Source: a bacterium (GTDB lineage Bacteria; SM23-31). Taken from it: DNA of 64,000 nucleotides. The notes under the pieces were generated by a model. That model was not told the DNA's origin and ran no database searches. It was given only the letters and a program-made list of their open reading frames with translations. The stretch spans positions 288,001 to 352,000 of the forward strand of contig OZ252239.1 in assembly GCA_965249485.1 (NCBI GenBank), in the 5' to 3' direction. A program made the position numbers and the translations under genes. Positions 60,980 through 64,000 of the stretch are shown here, in pieces (position 1 is the stretch's first letter; each line of letters begins with the position of its first letter).

Positions 60980-60990
60980 ATGTGTGATTT

Positions 60991-61040
60991 TTATACAATT
61001 ATTACTGTTTTATACAGACTGTTTTATACAGCTTGTATAA
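60991..61040. repeat. Tandem and inverted TTATACA repeats (candidate operator)
   Basis: ACTGTTTTATACAG x2 (61004-61031); TTATACA x3 plus the palindrome TTATACA-GCT-TGTATAA (61024-61040). Confidence 0.6.
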
Positions 61041-61233
61041 GTAACCATTACCGCATCAATAAATCAAGTAAAATCGGAATCCATGATACCTGTTTTCACT
61101 TGAATATCAAAATAATTTTACTACATTGCTTGTAAAAATTCTTTCGATATCCTATTTTTGCTATGGACAAAAAACCAAATATTAACAATATTTGTGTTGT
61201 ATAAATCAATCGAACACATTCAGTATATTAATT

Positions 61234-61623
61234 ATGGATAAAACTAATCTCGAAACATTTAGTAACCCCGGAAATAATGACTATCTCATTACCATCGAAC
61301 TGCCGGAGTTTACCGCACTCTGCCCGAAAACGGGTAATCCCGATTTTGCAACGATCCACGTATCGTATATCCCGGATAAGCTCTGCGTTGAATTAAAATC
61401 GTTGAAACTCTTTATTCATTCATACCGAAGTGACGGTGTTTTTCATGAAGCAGTGACGAATGACATTTTCAATATCTTAAGCACGCTTCTCGATCCGAAA
61501 TTTATTCGGGTAATCGGTGATTTCAACAGACGCGGAAACGTGAAAACAGTAGTGACTGTGCAAAAAGCCTTCAAAGACCATGCGCCTGTTGAGATACCCA
61601 TCTACAATCCAAAAGAGATATAG
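61234..61623 (+). CDS. queF: NADPH-dependent 7-cyano-7-deazaguanine reductase (type I)
   Basis: PEFTALCPKTGNPDFA, ELKSLKL, FHE, RGNV. Confidence 0.93.
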   Translation: MDKTNLETFSNPGNNDYLITIELPEFTALCPKTGNPDFATIHVSYIPDKLCVELKSLKLFIHSYRSDGVFHEAVTNDIFNILSTLLDPKFIRVIGDFNRRGNVKTVVTVQKAFKDHAPVEIPIYNPKEI

Positions 61624-61778
61624 TCCGATTATCAATTTTAATGTGCCGGTCCATTGTAATTGATTTGAAGAACAATTTAGAGATAGATTTATCTCGACTC
61701 CTTATTATCTACAGCAGCAGATGAGATCTGCTCGAAATGACAAAAAATAATTTTATGTTAGGAGGAGGATTGCCTGTA

Positions 61779-62576
61779 ATGATTAAAAGTACAATTGCAC
61801 TTTTGCTGGCTGCAATCTTTTTTCCCGGATGTGTGCAGGATCAATCGTCGTTCTCATTTCCAGAGGGCCGTTGGATCGATCTTTCATATGAGTATTCTGA
61901 TAAGACAATTTACTGGCCGACAGCGGAGGACTTCGAGCTAACAATTGTAGCAGCGGGCATGACCGAGCGAGGCTATTATTATTCGGCAAATACGTTTTCA
62001 ACCGCCGAGCATGGCGGAACTCATCTCGATTCACCAATACATTTCTCTGAAGGACAGAATAGTGTTGAGAAAATTCCGTTGGACCGGCTCATCGGTCCGG
62101 CTGTTGTCATCGATGTGTCAGAACAGGCTCTTCAGGATAGAGATTTCAAAATAAGTGTTGAAGATATTACTGCGTGGGAGTCAACGAACGGCATAATTCC
62201 GGAAAATGTGATTCTTTTCTTCCGTACGGGATACGGTCAATACTGGCCCGATGCGAATGCTTATATGGGAACAGATAAACGAGGCATTGATGCGATTGTG
62301 GAACTCCATTTCCCGGGAATCGGTCCGATAACTGCGCAATGGCTCGTCGATAACCGTACTGTCAAGGCAATCGGAATCGATACACCGAGCATCGACTACG
62401 GGCAGTCAAAACTTTTTGAATCTCACCAAATATTATATGAAGAGAACATTCCGGGAATGGAAAACGTTGCGAATCTCGATGAACTTCCCGTAACCGGTTC
62501 ACTTGTCGTTGCCCTCCCGATGAAAATTAAGGGTGGAAGCGGCGCTCCATTAAGGATTGCAGCATTATTACCTTGA
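61779..62576 (+). CDS. Cyclase/kynurenine-formamidase-family metal hydrolase (lipoprotein)
   Basis: AGGAGGAGG RBS; FPGC lipobox; EHGGTHLDSP, GIDTPSID, GSGAPLR. Confidence 0.88.
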   Translation: MIKSTIALLLAAIFFPGCVQDQSSFSFPEGRWIDLSYEYSDKTIYWPTAEDFELTIVAAGMTERGYYYSANTFSTAEHGGTHLDSPIHFSEGQNSVEKIPLDRLIGPAVVIDVSEQALQDRDFKISVEDITAWESTNGIIPENVILFFRTGYGQYWPDANAYMGTDKRGIDAIVELHFPGIGPITAQWLVDNRTVKAIGIDTPSIDYGQSKLFESHQILYEENIPGMENVANLDELPVTGSLVVALPMKIKGGSGAPLRIAALLP

Positions 62577-62603
62577 TTTTACAATAATAATACAGGTAAC
62601 AAT

Positions 62604-62897
62604 ATGCAGTGCATATTTTCTATTGACGTCGAAGATTGGTTTCATGTGCTTGATGTTGCCGAAGCGCCGAAACCATCAGAATGGCATTATCAGGAATCAC
62701 GTGTAGAATATAATTTTTTACAACTGCTTGATATACTAAGCGAGTATAATGTCAAGTCGACCTGTTTCTTTTTGGGATGGATTGCCGAACAGTTCCCACA
62801 CCTTGTGAAAGAAGCCCAAAGCAGAGGGCATGCCGTTGCATCACACAGTTTTGCACACAAATTAGTTTATGAGCCATCACCTAATGGATTACATTGA
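62604..62897 (+). pseudogene. 5' fragment of a polysaccharide deacetylase (XrtA/PEP-CTERM type)
   Basis: SIDVEDWF, STCFFLGWIAE, SHSFAH, then ends; downstream motifs missing. Confidence 0.75.
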
Positions 62898-63132
62898 AAA
62901 ACCGAATGCGATTATTGACAAGCTTATTTCCATAACGAATGAAAAAATAGTATCCAGCTTCCCCGCTGATGGAGAATTTCTTGCATGGTGGCGAAAATTC
63001 CGGTATAAGATAAAGTGCGATTTATTTCTTTATTATAAAGAATACATTCAGAATTTTTTGCATGAAAAACACAGAAATAATTCAGAAATTATCAAACTGA
63101 GCCGAGATTATTACTTAACAATCAATGTATAA
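62869..63132 (+). pseudogene. 3' fragment of a probable SAM-dependent methyltransferase
   Basis: LMDYIEKP..IIDK....IVSSFP resembles late methyltransferase motifs; SAM-binding motif I absent. Confidence 0.45.
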
Positions 63133-63246
63133 GAAGGGGAACTCACTGTGTGAGGATTACATAATTTTCTTTATTTTCATTTTAAATATTATTACATATT
63201 GTAATAATGTGTATTTATTGTAACCAGCAAACCTTATTGTTAGCTC

Positions 63247-64000
63247 ATGGCTATTAATCTCACAATTATCGATCGCCATACGATTCCTGAACAGGATTTC
63301 ATTCACCATCCCAAGGTGAACGTGGTCCTCGGATATGATCAGGACAACTATTACAGCAACGTCAAACAGTATGTGGACAAGCAGTTTGACTACGTATTTT
63401 ACGATGAAAATCCTGACGCTATGATTGCGGCCGGAATTTACCTGCTCGGAAGGGAAAATCCACCCCCTCATAAATGTCTGACACGTGGAATAAAATCGGC
63501 AGATTTTCAAAAGCTTACCGACGCGGGGAAAGAAAGCATCGCGGTATTCAACACATTGAACACCTATTACTGTGACCTCGATGCAGTCGATTCTGTTACG
63601 CTGATCAATCCCCATGAGTCCGGTCTTCAGAATATCAGTGTATCCCAGATTTTATACAAAGCCAGCGAAATCCCCAATTCATCGATTCGTGATCTTGCTG
63701 GTATCGCAATCATACTGGATTACTCACTTGATGAAGCGTTTGAGACTATAGTTGAAATTGTTTCTGCATATCCCGATGTATTTGCCGATCTTGCCGAGCG
63801 GATTAAAAACATTACGCTCAACAAGTATAATGTGCACGATTCTGCCTTTGGCGAACTTTCCATGCTTTTCCGTGCACCAAGTATCATTCATGGTACCAAA
63901 GGCGTTGAAGCAGTCATTCATCAGCTTATAAACAATCCACCATTTCAGTTGCCTGATCTATTGAACGGTTCAAGTAATAAGACAATTGAATATCTGCAAA
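63247..64000 (+). CDS. Degenerate DHH/RecJ-like protein, runs off the window end
   Basis: Open frame from ATG 63247: VFYDENPDAMIAAGIY, INPH..NISVSQILY, DLAGIAIILDYS. Confidence 0.55.
   Translation, partial: MAINLTIIDRHTIPEQDFIHHPKVNVVLGYDQDNYYSNVKQYVDKQFDYVFYDENPDAMIAAGIYLLGRENPPPHKCLTRGIKSADFQKLTDAGKESIAVFNTLNTYYCDLDAVDSVTLINPHESGLQNISVSQILYKASEIPNSSIRDLAGIAIILDYSLDEAFETIVEIVSAYPDVFADLAERIKNITLNKYNVHDSAFGELSMLFRAPSIIHGTKGVEAVIHQLINNPPFQLPDLLNGSSNKTIEYLQ

Noticed and set aside
61080..61233. preQ1 riboswitch upstream of queF
   Set aside because: No recognisable preQ1 stem-loop with A-rich tail
1..64000. Genome-wide reassignment of UGA to Trp or Gly
   Set aside because: Trp-rich genes such as alaS are intact, and TGA is a real stop in several genes, including the lysZ/lysJ GTGA overlap
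1..64000. CRISPR arrays, tRNA/rRNA genes, IS elements or integrases
   Set aside because: No repeat-spacer periodicity, cloverleaf-like sequence or transposase/integrase motifs seen

Overview
Bacterial chromosome segment, roughly 40% GC by eye. It comes from a flagellated diderm that is probably in the FCB superphylum (KSB1/Calditrichota-like); this is inferred from LptD, PorV-like barrels, a FlgD-Ig C-terminal domain, a GWxTD protein and a group II GGGP synthase. No rRNA, tRNA, CRISPR array or mobile element was found. Main content: a phosphate/Mg operon (Na/Pi symporter, phoU, mgtE, ppx, 2-phosphoglycerate-kinase-like gene), scattered flagellar accessory genes (fliD with a sigma-28 promoter, a PilZ brake protein, fapA), a murG-HEAT-mraY cassette, galT, a T9SS/PorV-like locus, recX-alaS-GGGPS-gmhA-suhB-exonuclease, a LysW-dependent alpha-aminoadipate lysine cluster, a DUF1015-aminotransferase-serA-serA cluster, an OPT transporter and queF. 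Genes missed or split by the ORF track include lysW (56 aa), a 49-aa CxxC/CxxC protein, and two selenoproteins read through UGA (SelD and a lipoprotein peroxiredoxin). The most interesting candidate system is the LysW cluster: it has no lysK, but carries an intact EgtC/Dug3-like Ntn hydrolase abutting lysZ, which may be a non-orthologous enzyme releasing lysine from the LysW gamma-glutamyl bond. Other leads are two tiny proteins resembling the FliM N-terminal and FliF C-terminal motor-binding peptides, an NAD- versus NADP-type serA pair, and two in-frame TGA codons at Trp-like positions. Several homopolymer frameshifts suggest an error-prone assembly, so broken genes need caution.
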